DNA of 58,899 bases, counting the filler, from Sphacelaria rigidula (lineage: Eukaryota): NCBI GenBank assembly GCA_964200075.2. It is 8 parts of 8 records of this genome, joined end to end, with 100 filler letters (N's around TTAATTAATTAA, not from the genome) between each part and the next. Parts side by side here need not be neighbours in the genome. Positions count along the whole stretch, not along the records: positions 7,376 to 14,650 come from CAXNAA020015664.1; positions 14,751 to 22,025 come from CAXNAA020015665.1; positions 22,126 to 29,400 come from CAXNAA020015666.1; 5 more parts are not named here. One strand, written 5' to 3'. Of the stretch, positions 12,594-24,987 are shown piece by piece (within the stretch, counting starts at the first letter, position 1; the number at the start of each line of letters is the position of its first letter). Position numbers and translations under genes: made by a program. The notes under the pieces are model-generated. The model saw only the letters and a program-made list of their open reading frames with translations. It was not told where the DNA came from and made no database searches.

Positions 12594-12959
12594 GTAGGTG
12601 CATGAATGATAAATAATCAACAAGTCACACCGAAAGTATATCACCCGTGACAACACAGATGATACCTGCGGATGAACGTGAAAATTATCTCGATTTAGTC
12701 TCAGACGGTAGCCGGGTGGTGTATATTTCACTTATATTCGATGATACTCTAGATCCGAATGAATATTTGCGAGTTTTACTAGCTGGCAAGCCTCATTCTA
12801 TCGGATGTTCTCGCATTCCATTTAGTTTTCTTTGTAACCCTTATATTTAATGGAAACAGACAACAGCTTGACGCTTCTACCTCCTCTTGCATCAGACGTG
12901 CTACTCAATGGTCTCCTGAATGATGCTTTTTGTCTCTACTTTGTGTTTGCCCACTACAG

Positions 12960-13268
12960 GGCCTGGCGCGCGTGATGGTCGCGAAGCGAGTGGTCGGGCG
13001 CAAGCGGCGCATTCTCAACGCAGCCGCGCGGTCGATTCAGCGATGCTTCCGTGGAACTGTGGCGCGCGGAACCATGAAGAGGATGATTTGGGAGCGAGGG
13101 ATGGCGCAACGGGTGGATTTTCTCAGGGTACTGGCGGCGGAGGAGGAATGGGAGCGGGAGAATATAGAGATTACGCAACGGCGGTCGCGCCGGATGCGTT
13201 TGGAGGAGAGGTTAGCTGAGGCTTTGTCGGCGGAGGCCGCTGCACACGCGTCGGTGTTCGAGCTTGAG
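12960..13268 (+). CDS. Multi-IQ-motif protein, exon 2
   Basis: Acceptor CTACAG at 12959; splicing completes the motif RIQ|GLARVMVAKR; contains SIQRCFRGTVAR and an E/R-rich coiled coil; the donor GTGGAA is weak, so the 3' boundary is less certain. Confidence 0.8.
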
Positions 13269-13821
13269 GTGGAAACGCAGTCGTGGTTCAAAATGATGCC
13301 TTTCGCATGCCATGTGAAGTACTACTACCGTAGTATCAAATAGCCTAATGCAAAAATGAGACTACCACATCTGCTCACTTGGGCAAACTCGGTAGCACCG
13401 GTATTTTCGGCCAGAGTTATGAGCACACAATCACAATGACAGAGACCGTAGAACGACGACGGTACGTTTCCGTAGTGTTGGAGTGTAGGATGTCGTGTTT
13501 GCACTTTCGAGGCTTTTTGCATTCGGTCTGTGGGGCAAGGTTTCGAGCAAGTCTTCTTTCTGCCGAGAATGTTTTGGGCAGACCCAGAAATGATGCCGGT
13601 GAGTAAAACTCTGTCTATAGAACAAGAAAAGCGCCTCAGACCCCTCGAACAGGGGAGATCGGAGTACGTGATAACCTGCTCGCCGAGCACGTAGCGTTGT
13701 CAGCTAGTCAGTGTCAACGCCGTTGCGCTCCATGTCCTTGATCTCCGACGTCGCAAGCGCTCTCTTGATCCAAACAAACCCCCTCTTCCGTAATTCCGCG
13801 CCCCCGCGAACGGTCTCTCAG

Positions 13822-13995
13822 AGCAACGAGCAAGAGCTCAAGACTCAGCGACAGATGCTCAGTCCGAGGGCCTTACAGCAGGGCTGGAAGGAAGAGTTAG
13901 ACAGCAACATCGGTCAGCATCGTGAGTGGATCACGCGCCGAAAGTTGGAGGCGGTGTTCGACGCCACACTTCCCGCCAGGCAGCTGGAGGAGGAG
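13822..13995 (+). CDS. Multi-IQ-motif protein, exon 3 (gene continues beyond the contig)
   Basis: Acceptor TCTCAG at 13821, 58 codons SNEQELKTQ..LEEE, donor GTACGC, phase 0 at both ends. Confidence 0.75.
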
Positions 13996-14330
13996 GTACG
14001 CCGTATACCCGTGAAGATGATCATAGAGAGGGAAAAGACCGTTGAATTGAACGTTCAAATAATCATTATCTGCTGTATATTGAGAAACCCATTGTTACCT
14101 GTATGGAGTACTGATCCTTATACTTTCAGGGTGGTTCATGGTTGATTTGCCAAGTGGTTGGATGTGGCCCTACCGAGCATCCTACAAGAATAAAATATTT
14201 AATAGCATGGCATGGGCGATCATGCTTGCATTGTCTAAGGGAAGTAAATTGGGAACCGCCACGTAGAAGGGACGAATTCCCAAAAGTGTATGTCAAGGAA
14301 TCACCTTTTCACATTAGCAACACCTTGAGA

Positions 14331-14380
14331 TAGCTCGTGCGCTTCACGAACACAAGGTCCCGGGTTCGAATCCCGGATCC
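14331..14380 (+). other. tRNA-derived fragment (T-arm/B-box), possible SINE head relic
   Basis: CCGGG-TTCGAAT-CCCGG stem-loop preceded by an anticodon-like CTTCACGA and a variable-loop-like AAGGTC; no acceptor stem or D-arm. Confidence 0.45.
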
Positions 14381-14581
14381 CAACAAAATTGGGGGAGCCA
14401 AATGTTTTTGGCAGATCCCCTCTGAAGCAAAGTGAAAAACGCACGGAAAATCTCCTGCGGCGGTTGTTGGTTGGGTGATCCAACATACGTGAAAGATTTG
14501 TGAAACAAATGGCCAGATTTCTACCGCTAGCCGGCGTAAAAGGCCACTCCTACAAAACCTCCAAGAGGTGCATGCAAGAGT

Positions 14582-14650
14582 GGGGTGTACTCATGATCAT
14601 GCATGCCATAGTCCTCAGACTATTGACCTCGCATCCCCACAATGCCGGGA
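14582..14650 (-). repeat. 3' part of R300, cut by the contig end
   Basis: GGGGTGTACTCATGATCATGCATGCCATAGTC is the reverse complement of the R300 end. Confidence 0.85.
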
Positions 14651-14750
14651 NNNNNNNNNNNNNNNNNNNNNNNNNNNNNNNNNNNNNNNNNNNNTTAATT
14701 AATTAANNNNNNNNNNNNNNNNNNNNNNNNNNNNNNNNNNNNNNNNNNNN

Positions 14751-14842
14751 CGAAAACCCGGCGTGCTCCGTCCCGACTTTGTAGGGATGCGAGGTCAATG
14801 TTCTGATCATTATGGCATGGATGATCATGAGTACACTCCCCC
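14751..14842 (+). repeat. 3' part of R300 at the contig start
   Basis: AAAACCCGGCGTGCTCCGTCCCGACTT..GATCATGAGTACAC. Confidence 0.85.
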
Positions 14843-14985
14843 TCCCGTACAACCCCCGTCATCAGAGTGATGATACTCGATTTTTCGCGCCTGATTTCAG
14901 GGTCATTTTTGTGTGCGGTATATCCTCGGTGAGAAACGCCACATTGATCGGTTGATGATGGATTGATCGACTCAACAAACATTAA

Positions 14986-15077
14986 CCCTTTTGGAACCCA
15001 TTGACGATTTTTGTTCTGGTGAATTGGCATCATTTCAAGACATTTACAAGTGAAAATGTCAGTGGCTTCCCAAAGGG
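14986..15077. mobile_element. piggyBac-like MITE (92 bp)
   Basis: TTAA on both sides; imperfect TIR CCCTTTTGGAACCCA / TGGCTTCCCAAAGGG. Confidence 0.75.
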
Positions 15078-16202
15078 TTAACTGATGCTCCACGGACCTC
15101 ATCGCGGCCACAACATAGACGTATCCAAGGTAAGCAATGGGGGGGGGGTAAGAAAGGGTTGGGAAAAATCAAGTACTCGTAATCAGAAAAAATGAATAAA
15201 TGCCCCCCTTCCCCGCCCCAAGCAGAGCATGTCGAGAAAAACGACAGCTATGAGTGCGGGATATGAGCACTGTTTTCCCAAGGGATCCAAGGGTTCCACC
15301 AATCACCGCCGGTTCGATACCAAAATCCACGATTCCTGAGGCATCCTTACTCGAAACAGAGAAAAAAGAAATGACCGCGGGTGACTGAAGTATCTAGGCA
15401 AATGTTGCGTTATTCCACAGTTACGTGCATTGGGTGCGCGTTCAACTGCTGGGGTGCAGTACAACGCTTGGAGCAACGACCAAGGATTGATTCGTACGGT
15501 ACGAATCAATAACACAAAAAAAGCAAAACTGATTTTCGGACAAGTCATTATTCGCCCGACAAATTATTTGACCGCGCACACAGACGGACAATTGAAAAAA
15601 AATAAGAATGAAAACGAACGAACCTGGGCCAGCAGATAATCGATGCTGAAGAGCATGAACACGTAGGCGGGAAGGTAGTAGATAAAGGCTACGAACCGCA
15701 GGTAATACCTGGAAAGTCATGAAAATAAAGACGTTGAACGTGCATGCAAAAAAGAGAGACAGAGAAAGAGAGAGAGAGGAGAAGAGGGGGGGACGGGGAA
15801 CGGGGGGAAGGAACGAGAGAGGGCACAAAAAAACAAACGTACAAAAGAAAAAGGAAGAGAACAAAGTGTTTGATCGTCGATACTGTACACGATATGACTC
15901 AAACTCGATACCATAATGAGTAGTATGATTTGTATCCTGATTCACACTAACTTCGAGATTTCGAACTGCTCGTGCTGCGTCAAAAACGACATACTACGTA
16001 AAAATAAAGATGAACACGTATGAAAAAAAATCGAACGCGAAAAACCAACACATTTTCTACTCTCAAAAGCATGACCCACTCCCGCTATTGTCAAAGTACA
16101 TGCGTTCTTCCCCCGCGCTTCGGTGATTCAATGGCCCGACTGTCACCATTAGGGTATAGAGAAAACGTGGGTTCGAGCATGATCGCTTTTTTGCTCAAAG
16201 TA

Positions 16203-17000
16203 CGAGCTGGGCCAGCCTAGAAACGGATTCAAGCTCTCAAAGCAATATCTCATCGACACAGACGAGTTGGGCCATGATCCACATATTGTATCGATCGCCT
16301 CATCGAGGGGAAGGTGCCCATCTGCTCAAAAGTCTGGGCCAATACTTTCTCGTTGAATCAACTCCATGTCTAGTAATTCCTGTACCTAACGAAGATAGCG
16401 TCCATGGAAAAATCTGTATGAAACCCCGATCGACGTATTCAGCGGATGACGACAATTTTTGGTGCGGATATTCCCTGGAGCACGGGGAGACGATAGATAC
16501 CCTAATCTTCGCCTAGTTCGTCATCTATCTCGACATATGGCGCACACAAGTTTCGAAACTAAAAGCAATACATTATGAGCAGAGGCATTAGATGAACTAA
16601 ATCTGGATATCGCGTCTCCGTTTTTGAGAGTTATGCTATGCAATTTCGTATGGAGAACCACCAGCGCATAATATAACCAAAGAAAAAAAAATGGGCCTTC
16701 ATTTTTTTTTTGGGAGTGGGGGGAGAGGTTCGGACGTTCTCGTAAAAAATGGTCGTTACCATACTAAAACACCCTAAACCAGTAAAAAAAAAAGGAGAGG
16801 GCCCATTTTTTTTAGTTCATTATGCCCTAGCGAGGTCCCACACAAAATTTCAATACTCGTACACAAACACCAAACGTGAGCCGGTAAGTGGCCTGCAAAA
16901 TACTGTTCCAAATTCTACCGACCCCGATACTCAACGGCCCATTCGCCGCCCAATATTTTGAGTTGGGACTCCAATATTTGGTATGGACAATGAATGGGGC
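16203..17000. mobile_element. Copy of a TA-flanked non-autonomous DNA element family (TIR consensus ~CAGGCTGGGCCAGCC)
   Basis: 16203-16680 is the reverse complement of ~34590-35047; 16735-16990 matches 31080-31335 and, inverted, 34100-34370; far end not defined. Confidence 0.7.
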
Positions 17001-17752
17001 ACAATAAAAAAAATTACGTGTGGACCGAGAGTGCCCCCCCCAAAAACTCCGAGACCCCATGTATCCCACTCCCCCCCCCCCCGTCGGATGAGCTTTTTTT
17101 TCTTTCTCCGACGGCACCGATANNNNNNNNNNCCCCAAAAACTCCGAGACCCCATGTATCCCCCCCCCCCTCCGGCGGTCGTAGGATTTTTTTTTTGTTC
17201 ACAGTAAGAAACACTCAGTAAATAGCCATTCTAGGGCGACTAGGGTGAGGTAGCGCCCATGACTGTTGGCCCCATCTGCCACCACAGCATTCGACGCAAA
17301 TTGGCGGTGCAGATAGATGCGTTAAGCTCGATTGAGCAAGCATTGCAGATCATTGTGGTGTTTGCCTGGTCTTGTTCTTGTCGTAGAAGTGTGATGTACA
17401 ATATAGTGCCGAAACTCATGAATATAACTTGGCCTTGGCTCCGAAGGTATGCGAAGAATTGAAGCTTCACTAACACGATTTTTTATTTTTATTTTCTATT
17501 CAGGTATGGGATTTAGTAACGCTCCCCTCCCCCCCCCCCCGAAAACAACTAGGATTGAAAAAATCGGCATAGGGCCTCGCATTTCTTTTGGGCACTCCTG
17601 CGTGGACCGAAAGATTTTTTTTATTTCTCATGAGTTGAGGGCAATAATCGATTTTTAGGTATCAGTGAAATACCCTTACCGCAACTTGGTTCAGCACTCT
17701 ACAATAGATCTCTCAGTATCGTGCCGAAAAAAAGTTGACATAATACACTCAC

Positions 17753-17940
17753 TGATCGGCGAGGGTATCTCGAACGATGATGTAACCTCGGCTGCCCAAG
17801 ATGTAAAAGATGATGATGTGGGACAACGTCACGGTCACGTAGTTAATGTGGCGAGTCTTCCGGGTCTCCGACCAGCCTCCACTGTCCTCCACCGACATGA
17901 GCTCGTGTTCCATCCCCGAAGCCATATTTGATCTCGCCTC
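17753..17940 (-). CDS. Unknown multi-exon gene, exon C (contains a hydrophobic segment)
   Basis: Acceptor AACAG, donor GTGAGT; only phase 0 is open (EARSNMASG..HIIIFYILGSRGYIIVRDTLAD), matching the upstream donor. Confidence 0.6.
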
Positions 17941-18151
17941 CTGTTTTTTTTTTTGAGGGCGCGGGGAGGGAGGTTGTTTATGCGCCACGTTTAAAAAAGA
18001 ACACAGTATTACAATATTTTCATTTTTGAGCTGTTGAGCGCCAGACTCCGTCAGATGAATCCTACGTGGTCTGGTTAGGGAAGGGTACCGCTACAGCCTT
18101 TTGGGCTATCAACATTCCAGGCAGGCAAATACCCTCATTATACTCGGTATT

Positions 18152-18256
18152 TCCAGGGCTGTTCATGGGACGGGAATCTCACGGGAAATGCGTTGGGACG
18201 GGACAGGATGACTCATCCCGTCCCATCCCGTCCCGACGAATTTTCCACACCCTGGA
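18152..18256. mobile_element. Small MITE-like element with GGGACGGGA/TCCCGTCCC subterminal repeats
   Basis: TCCAGGG..CCCTGGA ends with inverted internal motifs; no clear TSD. Confidence 0.5.
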
Positions 18257-19364
18257 CAATAGATTACATTGTCAACCCTTTCCTCGGCACTGCGAATGTC
18301 TGCAGTAGTGTGGACTCCCTCGTGTCCGAGGGCCGATAGTCTGCATTTTCGTTAGGGTTGGTGATGGGGTCGGGTCGGGTGGTTTGGGTTGGTTTTATGA
18401 TCAACCGTGGCACAAGAGACTACTATGTAAGCTACTATTTAAATGACATACTTCGAGTCCCACAAAATGGAGACCCGTAGATGGGTGTCCGATTAGTGAT
18501 TCCCGTCGTGCCAGCGAGCACCTGACAACGAACAACGACCAGGCCGCAGGCCAATTGACGGGGGAACGCACCTGAAACCCACCTTTCTACACAGCCGTCA
18601 AGATTTCCTCAACTGCCTCGAGGCAGGCGTTACGGCAAAAACAATCCTCACTCTATATATCCGACGGGGTCTAGCGCAAAAAAAGGTATACAAATAGGGT
18701 AAACCTTCGACCGCAAAAGCGGGTGATCTGGACGTAAGACTCATTTTCCACGTCAAAACATGATATGCCGGTTCAATAGATCGCGCACCCTTGCGGCCGA
18801 AAGTCATTCCCCATCGTTTTGCCCGGGGGAACGGGAAAACGAATTCGCCCCAGGCATTAAGTGCGGCTATCGCCAGAAAAAACGCGGACAAGCAATGGGT
18901 CATTTTGCCGAAGGTGAAGACCTCTTCATTGATTATATAGATGTACATACACATGATATAAAAATATATATTCCTCTGTCAGGCTTGAGTTATTCGACAA
19001 TCTGAGCACACCGCAATTACACTTGTGCTTTTACCAACATCATGGCTACTTTTCTGGAGCTATGTCATGTACTCTCTATTCGAAGCAACACCACTAGATG
19101 TAAACATGTCTTTGGGGTCTCTGGGGCTCGCCATGACCGTGCTTTGCAGACTGATTGGGTCAGACGACGTCTTTGTCAATCTCGATTTACATCTTGGGTC
19201 ACATCACTGCTTCCCCGCCACTCCTCGCCACTCGCCCAACAACAGCAACGCCAACAACGAAGAACCCTGGGAGGATGAAGCCGAATTCAGTATTTCGATG
19301 TTAATGACAACATATGAGATGGAGAGGAAGGAGACAAAAAAAAATCGCAAAAAAAAGGACTTAC

Positions 19365-19543
19365 CTCGTCCTTGAACTCGACTGCTCCGGCTCTGCTCTC
19401 AAAGGGAGCAGCGAACGAGTTAGCCCAATTTGGTGGCGGCGATGGTGTGAGCATCTCCTCTCGCATGTACTGTGCGGGTACGATGGAAGTGGCCCCCGAT
19501 CGAATGGACAGCCCGCTTTTCTCGCTGTGTAACGGCGTCATTA
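19365..19543 (-). CDS. Unknown multi-exon gene, exon B
   Basis: Acceptor CTACAG, consensus donor GTAAGT; phase 1 in, phase 0 out; (V)MTPLHSEK..AVEFKDE. Confidence 0.65.
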
Positions 19544-20390
19544 CTGTAGAAGTCGTATTCCGAGCGAAAAAAATAAACGAGAGGAAAATATGGAAACGAA
19601 AGACGCATCCATATCTTGGGTCATGTTTTGATTTGAAGTATTAAAATAATGACGAGTAAAATGTTTGACAACAACAACAACAACATCAGCAGCAGCAGCA
19701 GCGGCAATGTTTATACAGACGTATTCTCGGGCTTGTTTCTCCGCGTGTTGCTGTGAAATTAACGGAGTTTTGCGAATAATTCCAGCATTTAGAGGCGAGT
19801 ATACAGAAGCATATATTTGATATCGCTCCCGTGTTGAAAAAAAGTCGCGTCAGTAGCTCAATGTTCTCATGATCAGGCGTTTGCGAATACTTTTGGCATT
19901 TTAGGCACAAATAGAGAAGCCAATATTTCACATGTCTGACAGCTCATACGCTACCAGAATGTTACTTCTTATTAGAGCACTGATTCGGAACATGAGCTGG
20001 CTGACTTGGCCGCTAGTTCTGTATTGGCTCCCGACAGCGATGGACACCGAGCACACGATGTAGCTGGAAGGCGACGCTTTGGCTTCTCACTTCTCGGACA
20101 CTACTGTCACATGTTTTGTGCTTTTGTACAGTGGGTCTGAGAGTTATCTTCGATAATAATAGTTATTTCAGGGATTTCATGAGCTGTCCGACGTGATGCT
20201 CAAGTCCCCTCCCCCCTGCCCCCAAAAATGTCAGCTTTCATTGATTGATTCATTGTCGCACTTGAACTGACCCCCCAGAGATTCAACCGTGGTCACGTGA
20301 TGAACGTCCCCGACACAAAACAAAACAAAAAAACTCTCGGAAAAACAGCGGGGGAAAAAAAGAAAAAAAAGAAAATGTAGAACACACCAA

Positions 20391-20525
20391 CAGAGTAGAC
20401 AAAAATAAATAAATAGCCGGCCTCTGCCACACAATCAGAGTGGACAAAAATAAATAAATAGCCGGCCTCTGCCACATAATCAGAGTGGACGAAAATAAAT
20501 AAATAGCCGGCCTCTGCCACATAAT
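20391..20525 (+). repeat. 45-bp minisatellite x3 (intronic)
   Basis: CAGAGTGGACAAAAATAAATAAATAGCCGGCCTCTGCCACATAAT in tandem. Confidence 0.95.
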
Positions 20526-20821
20526 TTCGGCGGAAAAGGTCTTCCGCATTGGCCACACATCATACCCAGCCGTAAAAAACACAAGGCCGTGCGAAATGAA
20601 AAGATAGTGGATTGCGCCTCATCTACCACTTCATTATTTGGGTACGAAACCTCTTATTCATGGACCCTACGGAAGCGAGGTACCAGACTGCTCTCGGATA
20701 CACCGGCAGGAAACAACACATACGTGGAGAGACACAGGGGGGAAGGGAGAGCAGAGGAGTAAAACTACAGGAGAGGTGAAATCCAAAGCTGGTCAGTAGT
20801 ACCGTTCGAGGAGGGTCTTAC

Positions 20822-21053
20822 CCTGACGGCTGCCCTCTCCAACGTCGTTGAGCGACAAGCCCGGCAAAATCCACAAGGCATGACTTGGAACCCCCCACAT
20901 ACGAGCTGCCCATAATACGCAGCCTCCGGTAATCAACTCCTTGACCAACAATTGGGAACGGATTTCGTGCTTTCCCTTTTCTTCAGGCGATACAGTATTA
21001 ATAGTATCAAGTGTCGTTTTTCCTTCTTCCTGGTTTTGACTCGTCTGACTCGT
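20822..21053 (-). CDS. Unknown multi-exon gene, exon A (upstream exons not located)
   Basis: (TC)n polypyrimidine tract then CTCAG acceptor; open frame TSQTSQ..GEGSRQ; donor GTAAGA in phase 1, matching exon B. Confidence 0.6.
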
Positions 21054-21055
21054 CT

Positions 21056-21116
<61 letters not shown>

Positions 21117-21117
21117 G
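21056..21117 (+). repeat. (GA)n microsatellite
   Basis: Directly visible. Confidence 0.95.
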
Positions 21118-23336
21118 TGCCATTTGTGCGTGGGCACGCGTGTGTATATTCAAGGTTACGGGAAGCTTACGAACGGCCAGACGTCTTCTCTATTTTGCAC
21201 GATTGGCACTTGCCGAATCGCAACTTCCCGTTTTGTCAGACTTCGGCGGAAGAGGGGGAGGGAGGGTAGGGTGTGTGTGTGAGATAAAATCCGTGCACCT
21301 AGACACGCCACCTTTCCGCACAAACTCTACCGTGAGTTCACCAACCCCTACTCCACGAGACTACACTTGCGATTTGAACCCTGGTTATTTTCCTTCGCCA
21401 TTTTCGTACGTGAAATAAGTCTTATCCCGGGGTAGGGGGGGGCGGGTATCAAACGTCGAGATTTTTAGGTTAGCCCGAAACCAGTGCAGGTTGTCTAGTA
21501 TAGTTCGTTATCTTCGACATTGAATAGTGATCGCATGGGTAGTGCGCTACAGTACACGGCCCGCGATTCACTCACCGCCTCACGATAAAAACACAACCGC
21601 AGGCACATGAATTGCTTCAAGTATTGTCTTGTCCAGTTTCACATCTTTGTTAATATTTTACTTATAAATCGATTTTTGCCCTTCTACTCGAGTTTTTCGT
21701 GAGCTGGAGTGTTTCCACTTAGATATTAATTTGCCTCGGAGTACGCCTACCTCAAGTGGAAACGGCTGGATTGGAAGCAGATGAGTTCGTGTCACACGAT
21801 AGCGATCACTCAGCTGCTCAAATCAACGCAACGAGATACCACTACAGGCTGGTTCACGGTGATCACCCAAAATTGTGTCATCGGCAAATGCCTTCCGCAA
21901 TACGCACCCAATAGTCGCATATATGGTATCATACTGACCGCAATGAGGAAACGAAGAGGGTGACATAACCGGATTTTTGTTCAAGGCCGTAGCGGTATCG
22001 CTATGGACGAAAATGTGTCTCAGCCNNNNNNNNNNNNNNNNNNNNNNNNNNNNNNNNNNNNNNNNNNNNTTAATTAATTAANNNNNNNNNNNNNNNNNNN
22101 NNNNNNNNNNNNNNNNNNNNNNNNNTCGTTGTACCGTTGATTGCTGTTCAGCACAGCATGGTGTTTTTGTTTTGGTTAGCCAGTTCCAAGTGCTCCCGGT
22201 GTTTTGCAGCTGATTTGTTGATGCGGTAGTATTTGTTTTCCCGTGTTGATGGGTCATGAGCTATTCTTGATGAGTCCGTCGGCTCAAGTTTCGAGTGCAT
22301 TTTCGGAAATCCGCGGAAATCCGATGCGGTTGGCGAGAGTCACTGGCAAAATCGATTTGCTGCAGCTCATAGACGGGAGGCGCTCCATTGGCTTCGTGCG
22401 AGAGAATTTGTTATGATCCGCTGCCATCGACGGTGAGATGATGGAACAGAATCCAAGGTCTCACCACGTTTTGCGACTTTTCTCGGCACGAAAAGGCGGG
22501 ATATCAGCAGTCATATCACACGCGATGACTTGCGCTTTCAAAAACAACGATGGAAACTGCGGCGAAAGTTTGGAACAGAAACGTGATTTCAAGATATCCT
22601 TGCGAATGAATTCGGGCACAACCTAGCTAAATCGTATCTTTTACTCGAACCGCACGACTCACTACTTTGGAGACCTCTTGAACGGTGCATTCTTCCACAA
22701 ATGCGCACCTGTGGGCCAGCGCGCAACATTGTCCAACATTATTCTGCCATTCCATTCAGGCAACGGGTGGCAGGAATGTTCCAACATGCTACACATGTAA
22801 ACTTTTGGTCTCATTATCGGTACCGGCGCAGCGAGACATCTTATGAATAAAACCTCACTCTCGATCGTACTTTCAACGCTCGATTTCACGGAAACACTGT
22901 TAAATTTGCCGGCAGGATTTTGCACCAATGTGCGAGGTAAGCGTTTTGTCCATTAATGATGCAGACACTCCCCGCCGCTGCCTATTCTCAATCGTATCGT
23001 AGATTCTCAATCTCACGAAAACATTATATGTGTCTATATCCCTGTGCCCAACCCGTGCTTTTTGCGCGGGGTTGTCGTGGTGTAGCTGGCCGGAATAATA
23101 GCACCATTGTGCGGGCGGGTGCTTTGGGTGATGTTCGATTTGTGTGCGGTGATAAATACACGGAGTGATGGTCCAGATATATACTATTCATATACGATTG
23201 ATCATGTGATATTTTGTCAACATGGTTCGCGTTCGTAGACAACGGAAGACGGGGTTTTGGGGAAAATGTAGATGGATCGACGAGGTATACCCGATCGTCT
23301 GGCACATTCCCACCTTCCCAGGGGCTTCACACGAAG

Positions 23337-24164
23337 CACAGGTGTGGACATACACACGTATCCCACTTGCGAACTCTGTTCAGCGAAAGCGGTTGAGAGC
23401 TATTCATTCTTCCGCTCATGTACACATGAACTCGGGGGCAAAAGGATGAATACCTTTCAGCAACTTTTTCTGCGTGTCTGATCCCATGCGCCGGTGACGA
23501 TGCAGTATGCGGGATTTGCCCAGCAGCTGATGCTGCTTGTGATGATTTTTTCCCTCAATCTTTGGATGAATTGGAGGGAAAAATAAATTCTCATTTCGAG
23601 CTTCTTCTGCCGGTCAAATTCCAAATCTGCCAGTGTGCATGGGATTTGCGCAGCAAAAGCTGTTCGAAATAGATCCTTCTTCGCTCATCTCGAAAATGGG
23701 CGAAAAAAGGATCGATTTTGAACAGCATCTTCTGCTGTTCTAAATGAATCCTTTTCTTTGCCGAAGTTAATCTGGCGAGAAAAGGATCTGTTTTGGATCT
23801 AGCTGGACCTGTGTCCAAAATAAATTCCTTTTCGCTCGACTCAGATCGGGTGACGAGGAATTTACCTCGGACAGGAGGAAAAGTTATTGAAGATATGTAA
23901 ATCCACAGGTTTTGTACCAAAATATTTGGAATTTTCAAAAAAAACTTGAGGTATTTTCACCAAAACACCACCACATGACTGTGAAGGGCTTTGCCGACGT
24001 GCCTACACAGGGCTGCAAATCCAACCCTGGGGAAAACCCTATCAAAACGGTGCGATGGGTACAGATTTTGCATTTCACTGTCAGGGTTTTTTCACGAAGA
24101 CTGTGGAGGACCCTGTACGGACCCTGCACAGTGCGCCCCACAGGGTGCTATCTGTCCACGTGTG
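23337..24164. mobile_element. ~0.8-kb non-autonomous element, homologous to 29581-30283
   Basis: Shared blocks GTGTGGACATACAC, CAAATTCCAAATCTGCCAGTGTGCATGGGATTTGCGCAGCA and CAGGGTGCTAT..ACGTGTG|TA; imperfect inverted ends; internal inverted GCTGTTCGAAATAGAT motifs. Confidence 0.7.
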
Positions 24165-24167
24165 TAG

Positions 24168-24220
24168 GGGGGGGTGTACTCATGATCATGCATGCCATAG
24201 TCATCAGACCATCGACCTCG
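24168..24220 (-). repeat. 3' tip of R300
   Basis: GGGGGGTGTACTCATGATCATGCATGCCATAGTCATCAGACCATCGACCTCG. Confidence 0.8.
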
Positions 24221-24987
24221 GGGGGGGTGAGGGGATGGCTCATGGATTTCCCGATATGGGGCCCCTCGTCTCACCCGAGGATTCTCGATCTGCCTTAAGT
24301 TCGAGTTGGGTTAGCTTCAGGTTCAGACGAAAATGAAAGCAATATGTTCAAGCAGAGAGCTGTTCAGCGGAGAGCCCGGCAGCGGGGTGTCTCATGCACG
24401 CAGATGACTGCATCTCGTTCGTCCCAAAACGCCCTCAAAGACGTCATATCTCAGCCATGAATTTCGACTGTCTCATGCTGTCTGCTGAACAGCTTCCGCC
24501 GTGAGGGACTTCCTCTCTATAGCTTTTGAAGCTTTGAACGTTAAATGAAAGAATCAACAGTGTTATCCTCATATCTCCCGTATGCTCTAAATTTAGATGA
24601 AAGAGTAGACACGTTTCTCCCCCAATACAAGGCCGACAGTTCTACTCAAGTTTTAGAAATATTTCTGCTGAAGAAGACGATTGCCAAGTCCTAGATCGCG
24701 TGCAATCGACTGTGCTGCGTTCAATTCATCTTCACTGAAGACCTGTTGCGGCCCCGGCGCGTAGCGGAGGTATGCGGGACCATGCCTTCATACTGGCTGC
24801 TCACCTTTTTCAAACTTTGCGCGCCGTTCCAGTCCAAACCATCACGTGCCATTTGTACTTTTCGTATCCACTATTCTTGGCGTGCTTCAAGCTCGTGAGT
24901 CATGCCGACTTTTTCCTGCTGAATATAGCACCGCCTTTCAATACCGCAAACACCCCTTTCGGCGCACGGGTCAAGTCTACCCCACTC

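Noticed and set aside
14582-14842. Apparent TIR element spanning the gap
   Set aside because: The two halves are R300 ends on different, unrelated contigs
17030-17185. Direct duplication CCCCAAAAACTCCGAGACCCCATGTATCCC
   Set aside because: Copies flank a 10-N gap and may be an assembly overlap
18350-18395. TTAGGG-like tract
   Set aside because: One exact unit in a degenerate G/T-rich stretch; not a telomere
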